Assembly (NCBI RefSeq): GCF_001194135.2
Contig: NC_069003.1
Coordinates: 7,497,147-7,561,146, forward strand
Source of the DNA: Octopus bimaculoides
Lineage: Eukaryota
Direction of reading: 5' to 3'
DNA length: 64,000 nt
Program-made: the position numbers and the translations under genes
In this document: in pieces, positions 52,361 through 64,000 of the stretch
Layout of the letters: each line of letters begins with the position of its first letter
How positions within the stretch are numbered: the stretch's first letter is position 1
Notes under the pieces: generated by a model
Told to the model about the DNA's origin: nothing
The model's database searches: none
What the model saw: the letters and a program-made list of their open reading frames with translations, nothing else

Positions 52361-53378
52361 CACATACATATATATGTGTAAAGCACCCACTACACTCTCG
52401 GAGTGGTTGGCGTTTGGAAGGGCATCCAGCTGTAGAAACTCTGCCAAATCAGTTTGGAGCCTGGTGCAGCCATCTGGTTCACCAGTCCTCAGTCAAATCG
52501 TCCAACCCATGCTAGCATGGAAAGCGGATGTTAAACGACGACGATACTGACCCCCTCTACACACGTACCATACTTGCTACAATTTGGTACTTATTTTATT
52601 GGATTGCTAAATCATGTTTTCATCGTAGAACAAGGATTCTCAACCGGGGTCCATATAAAATTTTGTTCCTAAAATTTATCTCCAATAAAATGATTATACT
52701 CCTACAATACACAAAGTATATCAATATACATATATGTATATATATTTATATGTGTGTGTGTGTCTTTGTGTCTGTGTTTGTCCCCTCACCATTGCTTGAC
52801 AGCTGATAGTAGTGTGTTTATGTCCCCATAACTTAGCAGTTTGGCAAAAGAGAACCGATGGAATGAGTACTAAGCTTACAAAGAATAAATCCTGGGGTTG
52901 ATTTCTGTGGTTAAAACCTTTTAAGGCGGTGCTCCAGCATGGCCACAGTCAAATGGCTGAAACAAGTTGATGAGGAATATAGTTAATCTTAGAATACAGC
53001 ATTACCAACCACCTCTGAAGGGCATGTGGTGTTAGTTAACTGGTCTGTTATCCAATACCCAATGTGGAGTTGGTTGGTAAGATTACCTGAGATGGATCTA
53101 TAATACGTTAAATATATTCGTGTGTGTGTGTGTGCGTGTGTAGCTTTGGTACAGTTTCCATTTATAAAATTTCACCCACAAAATACCAGTCGACTCTGTG
53201 AGTGGAGCAGAAGACAATTTGTTCGAGTGAATGATTGATAATGCATGAATGCACTCAACAACATCACTGAACTGGATCTAGTCGGATTTAGTTATGTAAG
53301 TGTTTCATAGTCAGTACAATGGCTTAGAAAACTGCTGCGTTCACTTTCAGCCATTTTATTACTAAATGTTATTATTCG

Positions 53379-53413
<35 letters not shown>

Positions 53414-53684
53414 AAGAACGGAATTAGTTGGTGAGCAAGACTGAACAAACAATAGGCAGACTTCTGCTGCTGAGATTTATATCAGACTATTACATTCAAA
53501 GTACAGATCCATGAACTGTCGAGTCAGATGCTTTACAATTAAATCTAACTTTATTTTAATCTGTTATTCATATCTGGTTTGCAAGACTTTTTATGTGAAT
53601 TGAAGCAAATTTTGGTGTGTCTAGGGAGAGTCATTATGCCATTATTAACACATACATTGGTTCAATTGCGCTTCTTTATTATCA

Positions 53685-53823
53685 GTCAATTGGTTAAACA
53701 TCCAACTAATTAATTGATTGGTTAAACAGTAAGTCATTTGTTTTGTTGTTGTTTGTCAAAGGTCTTTCATTGCTACTTGCAAATAAACAATCAATAAGTT
53801 AGTTGGATATTTAACCAATTGAC
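53685..53823. mobile_element. AT-rich MITE with ~26-bp TIRs
   Basis: gtcaattggttaaacatccaactaat vs agttagttggatatttaaccaattgac. Confidence 0.65.
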
Positions 53824-53879
53824 ATAATTACTTTCCCTAGACACAACAAAATTCAATCTGTTAGTTCTCCTAAAAAACA

Positions 53880-54060
53880 TATCATCATCATCATCATCGT
53901 TTAACGTCTGCTTTCCATGCTAGCATGGGTTGGACGATTTGACTGAGGACTGGAAAGCCAGATGGCTACACAAGGCTCCAATCTGATTTGGCAGAGTTTC
54001 TACAGCTGGATGCCCTTCCTAACGCCAACCACTCCGAGAGTATAGCGGGTGCTTTTACGT
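53880..54060 (-). mobile_element. RTE-tailed repeat with (ATG/CAT)n tail (representative; copies near 1400, 4520, 5640, 8400, 13670, 52390, 55800, 60320, 63020)
   Basis: (cat)n-cgtttaacgtc...ttccatgctagcatgggttggac...gctggatgcccttcctaacgccaacc recurs throughout the window. Confidence 0.7.
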
Positions 54061-54331
54061 GCCACCAGCATGAAGGCCAGTCAGATGGTACTGGCAACAG
54101 CCATGCTCAAAATGGTGTATTTTACGTGGCACTGGCATAATCTCGCTCGAATGTCTTTACACATGCCACCGGCACAAGTGCCAGGAAAGCGACACTGGGC
54201 ACAGGTGCCATCACGATTTCACTTTCGCTTGCCCCAACAAGTCTTCACAAGCCGAGTTTCGTGTCCTGCATAGGAACCAGTCCAGCGGCACTGGCAATGA
54301 TCTCACTCGAATTGGCAACGATCTCACTCAT

Positions 54332-54518
54332 ATATTATAGTGGAGTAGGCGAGTTTATGGGGTTACCCTGGGTTTCTTGGTCATAAAGGGTTTAGTCTTA
54401 TGGTGTATCTTCAGACGGCCAGCAGTGTTTGGGGTCTAAAGATATGCCATAAGGCTAAACCCCTTATCAGCGAGAAACCCATCGTAACCCCATAAACCGG
54501 CCTACCCCACCATAATAT
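54332..54518. mobile_element. Foldback MITE / long imperfect hairpin
   Basis: The roughly 80-nt left arm atattatagtggagtaggcgagtttatggggttacc...ttatgg pairs with ccataagg...gtaaccccataaaccggcctaccccaccataatat. Confidence 0.8.
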
Positions 54519-54845
54519 TAACTGCTCTACATCTTAGAATGTGCTTCTCCTCCGGATTTATATATTTTTACAAACTATCCTATATATATATATATATTTA
54601 TATATATATACATACATACACACACACACACACACATATATATTGTCATCATTATCATTTAACGTTCGTCTTACTTTCTGGTATGGGTTGAATTGTTTAA
54701 CAGGAGCTGGCAACCCAGAGAACTACACAAAACTCCACTGCCTGTTTTGGCATGGTTTTTATGGCTGGATTCCCTTCCTAAAATCAACCATTTTGCAGAG
54801 ATTACTGAGTGCTTTTTATGTGGGACCAGCACTGACAAGGTCATA

Positions 54846-54876
<31 letters not shown>

Positions 54877-55126
54877 TGTTTGTGCTTATACCCCCATTGC
54901 TTGACATTTTTTTTTCTTTTACATCCTGTAACTTAGCAGTTTGGCAAAAGAAACCAATAGAATAAGTGCCAGACTTTTTAAAAAATTGATCTGCTTGACT
55001 AAAACCCTTCAAGGTGGTGCCCCAGTATGGTTACAATTCAATGACTAAAAGAAGTAAAAGATAAAAGAAAAAATAAAATAAAAGATATAAATAAAAATTG
55101 TTTCATTTTTCTTTTCATTTGTGTAG

Positions 55127-55473
55127 GTTCTCATAAATTTGGAATTTTCGAGCACATAGAGGCCAAGGAAAAAGGGAATTTATTGACCTCCAATCAAGAG
55201 ATACCCCTCAATCTGTTCAATGTGGAGAAGGCTGTACCATGTCCGCTGAGTGCAGGAGAGATGTCATTGCATCATGGGTTAACAGTGCACGGCAGTGAAC
55301 CAAATCTCTCTGATCGCCGTCGGTGTGGTTATGTCATTCGATACGTAGCTACGAATGCTTATTCGGTTAACGATCCAAACAGACCCCGGACATTCCCGGC
55401 CACTGTATTAGTATCCGGCAAAGATGAACTTCACAACTTCACTGATCATGCTCCTGAATGGTTTAAAATATGA
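55127..55473 (+). CDS. PhyH-family dioxygenase, terminal exon
   Basis: Acceptor ttttcatttgtgtag|GT (phase 1). GSHKFG...LSAGEMSLHHGLTVHGSEPNLSDRRRCGYVIRY...APEWFKI-stop, containing the distal His (VHGS) and the 2OG-binding Arg (RRR). Confidence 0.9.
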
Positions 55474-56909
55474 ACTTTTATGACAGTATGGAATACGTTT
55501 TATTGGTGCCAGTATTAAGATATAAGTAACCCTTATAATTAAAAGAACAGTTCTTTGAATCACAGACTGAAGAATACTTGCTTTGGCTCATTTTTTAGCA
55601 TCAGGGAATAAAATTATACATTAGGGATCAATAATTAAAACCAGGCACCTTCATATTACCAGAGTAAAACTGAATAAAATAAATATTTAAATGTCAAAGA
55701 GTTGTTTGTTTCTTTGTTTAATTTTCTATCTTACTTGTTTCAGTCATTGGATTGTGGCCATGCTGGGGCACCGCCTCGAAGAAATTTTACTGGAACTAAT
55801 CGACCCCTATCATCATCATCATGACTATCATCATTTAGTGTTTGTTTTCCATGCTAGCATAGGTTGGACAGTTTGACAAGAGCTGGCTAGCTGAAGGGCC
55901 GCCTGGGCTCCATGTCTGTTATGGCATGGTTCCTGTGGCTGGATGCCACCTCCTTATGCCAACCATTTGGCAGAGTGCACTGGGTGCTTTTATGCAGCAC
56001 CAGCATGGGCACTCTTATGTGGCACTGGCGCGGGTGCCTTTTACATGACACCAACCCCAGTACGTATCATTTCTTTGTAAAGCCTGTTACTTAGTCTATT
56101 GGTCTCTTTTGTCGAACTGCTAAGTTACCTGGATGTAAATAGACCAACACCAGTTGTCAAACAACGGCTGGGGACAGACACACACACAAAGTCACACTCC
56201 GCATACATATATATAAATGATGGGATTCTTTCAGTTTCCATTTACCAAATCTGCTCACAAGGCTTTGGTCAGTTCGAGGCTATAGTAGAAGACACTTGTC
56301 CAAGTTGCCATGCAGTGGGACTGAACCTGGAACCGTGTGGCTGGGAAGCAAACTTCTTATCACACAGCCATGCTTGCACCCCTCTGTTTCTCTTTTTATG
56401 TTTTGTTTGTTTTAGTAGGGTGTGATGTGATGGAGATTTGGCTGCTGTTTCTGAATCTACGTAAACAAAACAAAAACAAAAAAAAACAACTGAAAAAATA
56501 TTATCAGTCAGTTTTATTATATAATGAATCTCTATTGATGAACCTGGAAAGGAATTTCAAGAATGGTCGTTTGTTTGTTTTGGGTTATTTTCTTTTCCTT
56601 TGTTTTTGTTTGTTTAATTTATTTGTTTTGTCTGTTTGGTTTTGATTGCCTTTAAAAAGAATTTCTCCTCAAAGAATTTTTAATTAACAAAACTGTCTTT
56701 CAGTTATTAATTTATTATTCCATCTCTATGTCTTCCCCGATGTCGTTTTCTGATGATTATTGGTTATCACGGATTATCAGAGACAAGAGTGAAATTTCAT
56801 CGATCAGATTGAGCGATCGATTGATTCATTGATTGATTGACTTTCTTCTGTATTTAGATCAATATATTGCAGCGTATTTGTTATTGCTTAATTGCTATTT
56901 TCTCTCTAA

Positions 56910-56941
<32 letters not shown>

Positions 56942-57359
56942 CGCTTTTATTGATGACAATATTCACAAATTAATTTGTCTCACAGCTGTTAATGTAGACC
57001 AATCATTAATTGCCAGTCAGAACCAAAATATAATCTTTGTTAAAAGTTGGGGTAGTTTTGTTTTTGGAGTTTTCAATATATTTTTACCTGGAGACAATGC
57101 TGTCCTTCTCATTTGGTTGTGCAGTTTCCCATATGTTATAAAGGCTTAAGAGGCTTCTTTCAAGTGATGTAAGCTAACATCAAAGATTCATGTGGGAAAT
57201 TAAAAAAACACACATGAATTAAATAAGACCAAACAGAGAAGCATGCAAACCATGCAAAACGAGTGATTTTTATGGTTGATTTGCAGAGGAAGAGGAGTAT
57301 CTTGCATAAGTGAATATTTCTTAGTAAGCAGGAGAAGAAGTAAAAAGTATTGTTGTTTT

Positions 57360-57606
57360 CTAAGACGGGGTTGATGTAGGATTCTCCCCTGTTCGCCACT
57401 CTTTTCCCTCTGTCATAGCGTCTATGGTTGTGGTACGAATTATACTTTCAGGGTAAAATTTTTCAGACGTGTAAAACTCTGTTTTGTTCAGCCCCTTATG
57501 AGGTGGGCACCTAGAATTATCATCACTTGGGTTGAAAGTGCTGTCGTGGTTAAATTCGAGTAAGACATTCATTTTACTATCAAAACATCTCTTCAATTTT
57601 CCCCTT
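57360..57606 (-). CDS. Cytoplasmic tail, terminal exon
   Basis: Acceptor ttattttcag|A (phase 2) continues R-RGKLKR (basic stop-transfer) CFDSKMNV...ENPTSTPS-stop, in frame with ORF 57360-57596. Confidence 0.82.
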
Positions 57607-58078
57607 CTGAAAATAAATAAATAAATAAATATATACAGTAAATAAATACATAAAATAAAGTAAATTTTAAAAAGTTACAACACAAGAGAATGGCCTGCCT
57701 GCCAATAGAAACACATTTCTCCAAACTCTTTTTCCTGTCTATTTGAAAAGGGGAATCTTTTCCAAAATTTTATAGGATCATTAAATATGCTCTGTCAGGT
57801 AATACTTTTCTCCTTGTTTTTATTCATTGACATCACCTTACATATTCTGCTTAACTTTTCATCTGTATAGTTGAAAGGTTTTTCAAAGAGAGATGGACAG
57901 ATATATATATATATACACATATATATATATATATATATATATATGTACGACGGGTTTTCAGTTTCCATCTACCAAATCCACTCCCAAGGCTTTGGTCTGC
58001 CCGAGGCTATGCAGTAGGACTGAACCACGGAACCATGTTGTTAGGAAGCAAGCTTCTTACCACACAGCCACTCCTGCA

Positions 58079-58180
<102 letters not shown>

Positions 58181-58594
58181 AAGAAAGAGGGAGAGAAAGA
58201 TGAACAGATGGAGATAGAGAGAGAGGGAGAGAGAATATGGTAGAGGATATGTGCCGGGGGCATAACCTCAAGGTAAAATGGGGATGTGTGTGAACATAAG
58301 TGAAGTAGAACAACAGATTGGACAAGGTGAGAGGGAAACAAGTGTTATGCTGTAGGGGAGATACATGACCACCCCAGCTGAAAAAGAGGAGAGAGGGGGA
58401 GAGATAGATAGATAAAGAGAGAGAGAATAAGAAGTAGAGGAAATGTGTCAGGGCATACCCTTAATGTATGGGGTGGTGTTTTGGGGGGAGAGGGTCATCT
58501 GGGGTAGAGATAGAAAGTGTGTGTAGTGCGGGGATGGGGGGTAGATCACCGGGTATAATAATTTGAGTTTGAATTGTAATAGCTGTAGACTTAC

Positions 58595-58700
58595 CGATAA
58601 CAGAAATATACCAGTAATATCACAAGGAGAACACAAAACAGGATAATCAAGATTACTGCCAAGATTATCGCTAGTTTACTTGAGAAAGGAGATGTTTTAT
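58595..58700 (-). CDS. Transmembrane exon
   Basis: Not in the ORF track. Acceptor gtttcctttcag|AT (phase 1), donor CG|gtaagt (phase 2). DKTSPFSSKLAIILAVILIILFCVLLVILLVYFCYR contains a hydrophobic helix of about 25 residues. Confidence 0.88.
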
Positions 58701-59219
58701 CTGAAAGGAAACAGGGAAAGCTAAAGGTTATTTCATTTTAAAATATAACAAACCACAACCACCACCATCACCACAACTACCGCCATCACCACAACCACCA
58801 CCACTGCTGCCAGCGTCACTATGAGTACCACAACAACCACCANNNNNNNNNNNNNNNNNNNNNNNNNNNNNNNNNNNNNNNNNNNNNNNNNNCGCCACCA
58901 CCACCACCACCACCACCATTACCACTGCCACTACAAGCACTACCACCACTGCCACTATGGGCACCACAATCACCACCACCGCCACCATCACCACCACCAC
59001 TACCACCATCACCGCTACCACTATGAGCAGTACCAGCACCACCACCATCGTTGCTTCCATTACTAAATCTTGTAAAGTGCTCGTCTTGTTGACAAATTAC
59101 TTCAGAATGTTTGCTGATTGAATTTGACCAAATGGTTTAAGATATCCACTTTGCAACAACAAGGTCTCGGGTGACACCATGTTAGGCAAATGATGATGAA
59201 GATTAACAGGTTAACTTAC

Positions 59220-59351
59220 CAATTTGACAAACACTTCCAAGGTAACCAGTCGGACATTTACACACAGTTTTATAGAGTCGATGAGGTGAAAAAATAGTGT
59301 CTTTACAGATGCCTTTGTTTAGACAGGGGTTGCTGTCACAAGTGTGGACAA
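59220..59351 (-). CDS. EGF-like domain exon
   Basis: Acceptor tacctttcag|TT, donor G|gtaagt, 132 nt, phase 1-1. CDSNPCLNKGICKDTIFSPHRLYKTVCKCPTGYLGSVCQI = CX4CX5CX14CXCX8C. Confidence 0.9.
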
Positions 59352-59793
59352 CTGAAAGGTAAACAGAAAATAAAAATAAATTTCGGAGATGTACTTGCAT
59401 AGCAAGTGACTTGATCTGAGATCGTGTGCTGGAACGAAAACAATTGCAGCGTGGAAGGTGTTTATAAGCCATTTAAGAAACACACAAAAACCGTTAGATT
59501 CACTTCAACATTTAAATTTAATTTGCCAAAATATTTTCGTCACTTTGAGACCACGACCTGTTCACTGACAAAATTCTGTGCTGCAGCGAAGATGAGAGTT
59601 TCTCTCACAGAATCTACTGCAGTATAGTTTGTTCCAACAGAACATCCATGTTTAAGTAAGAATAAATATTAGCTTTCAGTATTAATATGTTTCTGTCACT
59701 AATAAATATTAATTTAATTACACCATGGTTAAATTGATTTTTGTAAAAGGAACTGTACCAGATATTTCATCCATCAGTTAAAAATCCACTCAC

Positions 59794-59909
59794 CTAAAGG
59801 CAGTTCAATTCCTTTTGCAGAATTACCATCGATCTTCAGACAGCGATAAGTTCCTCTGTCTTTCTTTTGGGTCTTTTCTATGATTAGATACTCATTGACC
59901 GCAAAGAAT
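59794..59909 (-). CDS. Ig-like domain, C-terminal half
   Basis: Acceptor gttttgaattctag|A (phase 2), donor G|gtgagt (phase 1). FFAVNEYLIIEKTQKKDRGTYRCLKIDGNSAKGIELPL has the DxGxYxC F-strand motif. Confidence 0.85.
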
Positions 59910-59984
59910 CTAGAATTCAAAACATTAGCAAAATTAATTTCTTCATAGAAGAAGGATTGCTTTATGCACCAGTGCAAACATCAT

Positions 59985-60300
59985 GTAAAAAGCACCTGTG
60001 CTGGTGCCATGTAAAAAGCATCCTCGCAGCTGCAAGGTGAAATGCACCTGTGCTGCGGCCAGGTAAACAGCACCTGTGCTGCCGTCATGTAGAAAACACC
60101 TGTGCTGGTGCCACATGAAAACACCTATGCCAGTTCCTGGTGAGTGGTCACCAGATGGTTCCACATAGAAACTACTAGCTGTGCTGGTGCCACATATAAA
60201 GCACCTGTGCCAGTGCCACATGTATAGCACTGGTGCTGGTGCCACATGTATAGCACCTGTGCTGGTGCCACATGTATAGCACTGGTGCTGGTGCCACATT
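59985..60300. repeat. ~26-bp minisatellite (agcacctgtgctggtgccacatgtat)
   Basis: About 10 degenerate units, attached to an RTE-tailed repeat inside the intron between the two Ig exons. Confidence 0.85.
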
Positions 60301-60621
60301 AAAAAGACCTCTAGTACACTGTGTAAAGTGGTTGGTATTAGGAAGAGAATCCAGCTGTAGAAACCATGGCAGAACAGACAATTGATGCATGGTGCAGCTC
60401 CCTGGCTGGCCAACCATCATGGAAAATGGATGTTAAACAATGATGATGATGATGATGAAACTTGTTTTATTCCAGAAAATAAGGGTTACGCTCATAGATA
60501 TTTAACTCTTAATTTCCTCTAATATTTTCATCACGATTCAATGTCCAGCTTCCATGCTGGCATGCATTGGATGGTTTGACAGAAATGCAAACTCACACAC
60601 TTACAAGCATACACACAAGTC

Positions 60622-60669
<48 letters not shown>

Positions 60670-61004
60670 CATACCTATATATATATACATATGAGTGAGA
60701 GGACAAATGAAAGAAGGGCACTGAACCAATTTATTGGGATTAACATGTATAGAGCAGATCAAAACAGTTTAGTTCAAATTGAAACTCAGGACTACCAATG
60801 AATTTGAATCAAACTATTTTGATCTACATATATATATATATATAAATAAATATACACACACACACACATGTATATCTATACACACACACACGCACGCACA
60901 CGCACACACACACACACACACATGAACATTATCTATATTAAACATGTCTAGAAAGCTGTATGTATCTGTTCATTTCAATATATCACATGGCAAAATACAC
61001 AAAC

Positions 61005-61149
61005 CTGTTTCCAGAACTATTACTTGGTGCAATTAATTTCCCATCAGGCATTAACCATTTGTATTTTGATCTGTGACAATTTTTTTGGCTACAGCATTTT
61101 AGTTTGGTGAATTTCCCCTGAAGAACACTGGTAGGTTTAAGAACATTCT
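61005..61149 (-). CDS. Ig-like domain, N-terminal half
   Basis: Acceptor ttcctttccag|AG (phase 1), donor AG|gtttgt (phase 2). ENVLKPTSVLQGKFTKLKCCSQKNCHRSKYKWLMPDGKLIAPSNSSGNR holds the B-strand Cys and C-strand Trp. Confidence 0.8.
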
Positions 61150-61499
61150 CTGGAAAGGAAAACATAAAAACCGAAAAAAGAATGAAAAATATCATAAAAT
61201 CATGATAATTCCTGTGTTATTATGCTTGCAAATTCATATTAACATTGAAGTGATATATACAACTTAATGTTAATGTGAATTAAAAAAAAATATTGAGGGA
61301 AGAAGAGGAGAAGGAATAATTTTTAATGAAAAGAACATTATTTGAATAACATCATTCTATAAATAATAATATGTAAATATTAGGTTGAAAATCCCCTTGG
61401 AGGGGAAAAGTCAATCATTAAAAGTCCACTGTTAAAATTGACTTATTTCATGTCGTTTGAAGTTTCGAAATTGTTATGCAACATTCAGTTCATGCTGCT

Positions 61500-61800
61500 A
61501 TGGTCGAAGCTTCTGAAATGGAGAAATTTGAGAAGTTGGGCATAAGAGGAGCTAGATGCAGTGTGCTAGAGAGGAGACTGCGCTGGTCTGGTGATGTGAT
61601 GTGGATGGACAAGAGCAGTTGGATTAAGAAAGAGATGCCAGTCACTTAAAGTGGAGGGAAGCTGGGGGAAGAGGGGGACCCAAGAAGGCATGGGACAAAG
61701 TATTGATCTCAAAATGCTGAACCTTATTAAGGAGATGGCAGAGGGCCGAGATATTGTGGCCCATTGCTGTACTCAAGAAGACCTACCTACCTCAACAGAA
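61500..61800 (+). mobile_element. RTE-clade LINE C-terminal fragment
   Basis: EKLGIRG...ERRLRWSGDVMWMD is the RRLRWxGHVxRM motif of RTE tails. Confidence 0.65.
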
Positions 61801-61954
61801 TTGAGACCCTAAAACCGAGGATATAATAGAAGACATTTGCCCAAAGTACCATGCAGTGGGATTGAACTTGGAACCGTGGGACTGAGAAGCAAGCTTTTTC
61901 CCACACAACCACACTTTCACCTGCATACATGTTGATTTATTTCAGTCATTATTC

Positions 61955-61993
<39 letters not shown>

Positions 61994-63775
61994 NNNNNNN
62001 NNNNNNNNNNNNNNNNNNNNNNNNNNNNNNNNNNNNNNNNNNNNNNNNNNNNNNNNNNNNNNNNNNNNNNNNNNNNNNNNNNNNNNNNNNNNNNNNNNNN
62101 NNNNNNNNNNNNNNNNNNNNNNNNNNNNNNNNNNNNNNNNNNNNNNNNNNNNNNNNNNNNNNNNNNNNNNNNNNNNNNNNNNNNNNNNNNNNNNNNNNNN
62201 NNNNNNNNNNNNNNNNNNNNNNNNNNNNNNNNNNNNNNNNNNNNNNNNNNNNNNNNNNNNNNNNNNNNNNNNNNNNNNNNNNNNNNNNNNNNNNNNNNNN
62301 NNNNNNNNNNNNNNNNNNNNNNNNNNNNNNNNNNNNNNNNNNNNNNNNNNNNNNNNNNNNNNNNNNNNNNNNNNNNNNNNNNNNNNNNNNNNNNNNNNNN
62401 NNNNNNNNNNNNNNNNNNNNNNNNNNNNNNNNNNNNNNNNNNNNNNNNNNNNNNNNNNNNNNNNNNNNNNNNNNNNNNNNNNNNNNNNNNNNNNNNNNNN
62501 NNNNNNNNNNNNNNNNNNNNNNNNNNNNNNNNNNNNNNNNNNNNNNNNNNNNNNNNNNNNNNNNNNNNNNNNNNNNNNNNNNNNNNNNNNNNNNNNNNNN
62601 NNNNNNNNNNNNNNNNNNNNNNNNNNNNNNNNNNNNNNNNNNNNNNNNNNNNNNNNNNNNNNNNNNNNNNNNNNNNNNNNNNNNNNNNNNNNNNNNNNNN
62701 NNNNNNNNNNNNNNNNNNNNNNNNNNNNNNNNNNNNNNNNNNNNNNNNNNNNNNNNNNNNNNNNNNNNNNNNNNNNNNNNNNNNNNNNNNNNNNNNNNNN
62801 NNNNNNNNNNNNNNNNNNNNNNNNNNNNNNNNNNNNNNNNNNNNNNNNNNNNNNNNNNNNNNNNNNNNNNNNNNNNNNNNNNNNNNNNNNNNNGTACAGG
62901 TAAGGCTCATAGGTACAGGTAAGGCTCATAGGTGCAGGCATGGTTGTGTGTTAAGAGAACTGCTTCTCAACCACATGGTTCTGGGTTCAGACCCATTGCA
63001 TGGCACCTAGAGCATGTCTTCTACTATAGCATCCAGCTGTAGAAACATTGCCAGATCAGATTGGAGCCTGGTGCAATCGCTGGCTCTCCAGACCTCAGCG
63101 AAACTGTCCAACCCACGCCAGCATGGAAAACGGACGTTAAATGATGATGATAATGATGATATATGTATATATATTTATGTATATGTGTGTGAGTGTGTGT
63201 GTGGGTCTTTGTCCCTCCACCATTGCTTGACAACTGTTGTTGGTTTGTTTACATCCTCATAACTTAGCAGTTCAGTGAAAGGGCTCAACAGAATAAGTAC
63301 GGCTTAATGCTATGTAGTGGGATTGATCTGTTTGACTAAACCCTTCAATATGGTGGTACCCCGGTAAAAAGGATAAAGACCCCCTTTGGTCATGAATGAC
63401 CGTGGGATTGCACCTAGAAAGTTCCCCTCCAAGGCACAAGTCCAGGCAGGGTTGTTTATGGAAGACCAGCAGTCACCCATGCATACCAGCCCCTCCTCTC
63501 TCCACACCATCGAAGGAAGATAAAGGCTGATACAGCCTGGCACCAGAGACATTGCAACTCATTTCTACAGCTGAGTGAACTGGAGTAATGTGAAATAAAA
63601 TATCTTGCTCAAGAACACAACACACAGCCCAGTTAAGGAATCGAACTCACTACCTCATGATTATGAACCCAACACTTTAACCACTGAGCCATGATGGCCA
63701 CAGTCCAATGACCAAAATGACAAAAAAAAAACCCATTGAACTTCTATGTTGTTTTTCAAATGAGCAAAGCCTTAC

Positions 63776-63928
63776 CTTTGTCACAGCTCCTTTTCATACA
63801 GATCATGCGTTCAGTGTTTTTGCCAGGGCACTGAGCACCGGAGGGTATACATGCACGATTCTTTGTTATCTGTCCTCTACCACATGCAGCTGAACACTGG
63901 GACCAATCGCCCCATTTACTCCACTGAC
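63776..63928 (-). CDS. Thrombospondin type-1 (TSP1) domain exon of a TSP1-Ig-EGF-TM membrane protein
   Basis: Not in the ORF track. Acceptor ttctgtcttgcag|GT, donor G|gtaagg, 153 nt, phase 1-1. GQWSKWGDWSQCSAACGRGQITKNRACIPSGAQCPGKNTERMICMKRSCDK shows WxxWxxWSxCSxxCGxG, R-x-C and six Cys. Confidence 0.9.
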
Positions 63929-64000
63929 CTGCAAGACAGAAGGAAAGGCATCACCGCTGTTACCTGTAAACGAGGAAATACTCAACAAAACACTTCAATA

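Noticed and set aside
52560-52620. YWIAK peptide as the missing dioxygenase exon
   Set aside because: No suitable acceptor/donor or phase, and no NGC/IPG continuation; it sits between SINE pieces.
49290-55473. Halogenase (SyrB2/CmaB-like) interpretation of the dioxygenase
   Set aside because: The iron motif is H-Q-D; halogenases have Ala/Gly in place of the carboxylate.
59220-61149. Neuregulin/Vein (EGFR ligand) call
   Set aside because: The EGF has CX4C spacing, lacks the GxRC arginine, and an upstream TSP1 exon is in phase.

Overview
AT-rich, microsatellite-saturated animal genomic DNA with about 15 N-gaps. The SINE/LINE repertoire and (TA)n/(CA)n/(ATC)n density point to a cephalopod, most likely an Octopus draft assembly (inferred, not proven). 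Most long ORFs in the track are artefacts of simple repeats or N runs. Three spliced genes can be rebuilt by hand with GT-AG boundaries. (1) An ACOD1/IRG1-like cis-aconitate decarboxylase on the minus strand: 4 phase-consistent coding exons, 26568-30300, about 471 aa, catalytic motifs intact, 5' end unresolved. (2) A PhyH-family Fe(II)/2-oxoglutarate dioxygenase on the plus strand, 49290-55473, transcribed divergently from ACOD1, with one exon missing, probably inside a gap. (3) The 3' part of a minus-strand single-pass membrane protein, TSP1-Ig-EGF-TM-tail, 57360-63928, phase-consistent and continuing beyond the window. The first 26 kb has no recognisable host exon. It consists of SINEs, R4/Dong, RTE and Penelope fragments, Tc1/mariner derivatives, MITEs and tandem repeats. 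No CRISPR, rRNA or intact tRNA gene was seen. Coordinates were counted by hand; repeat boundaries are approximate.
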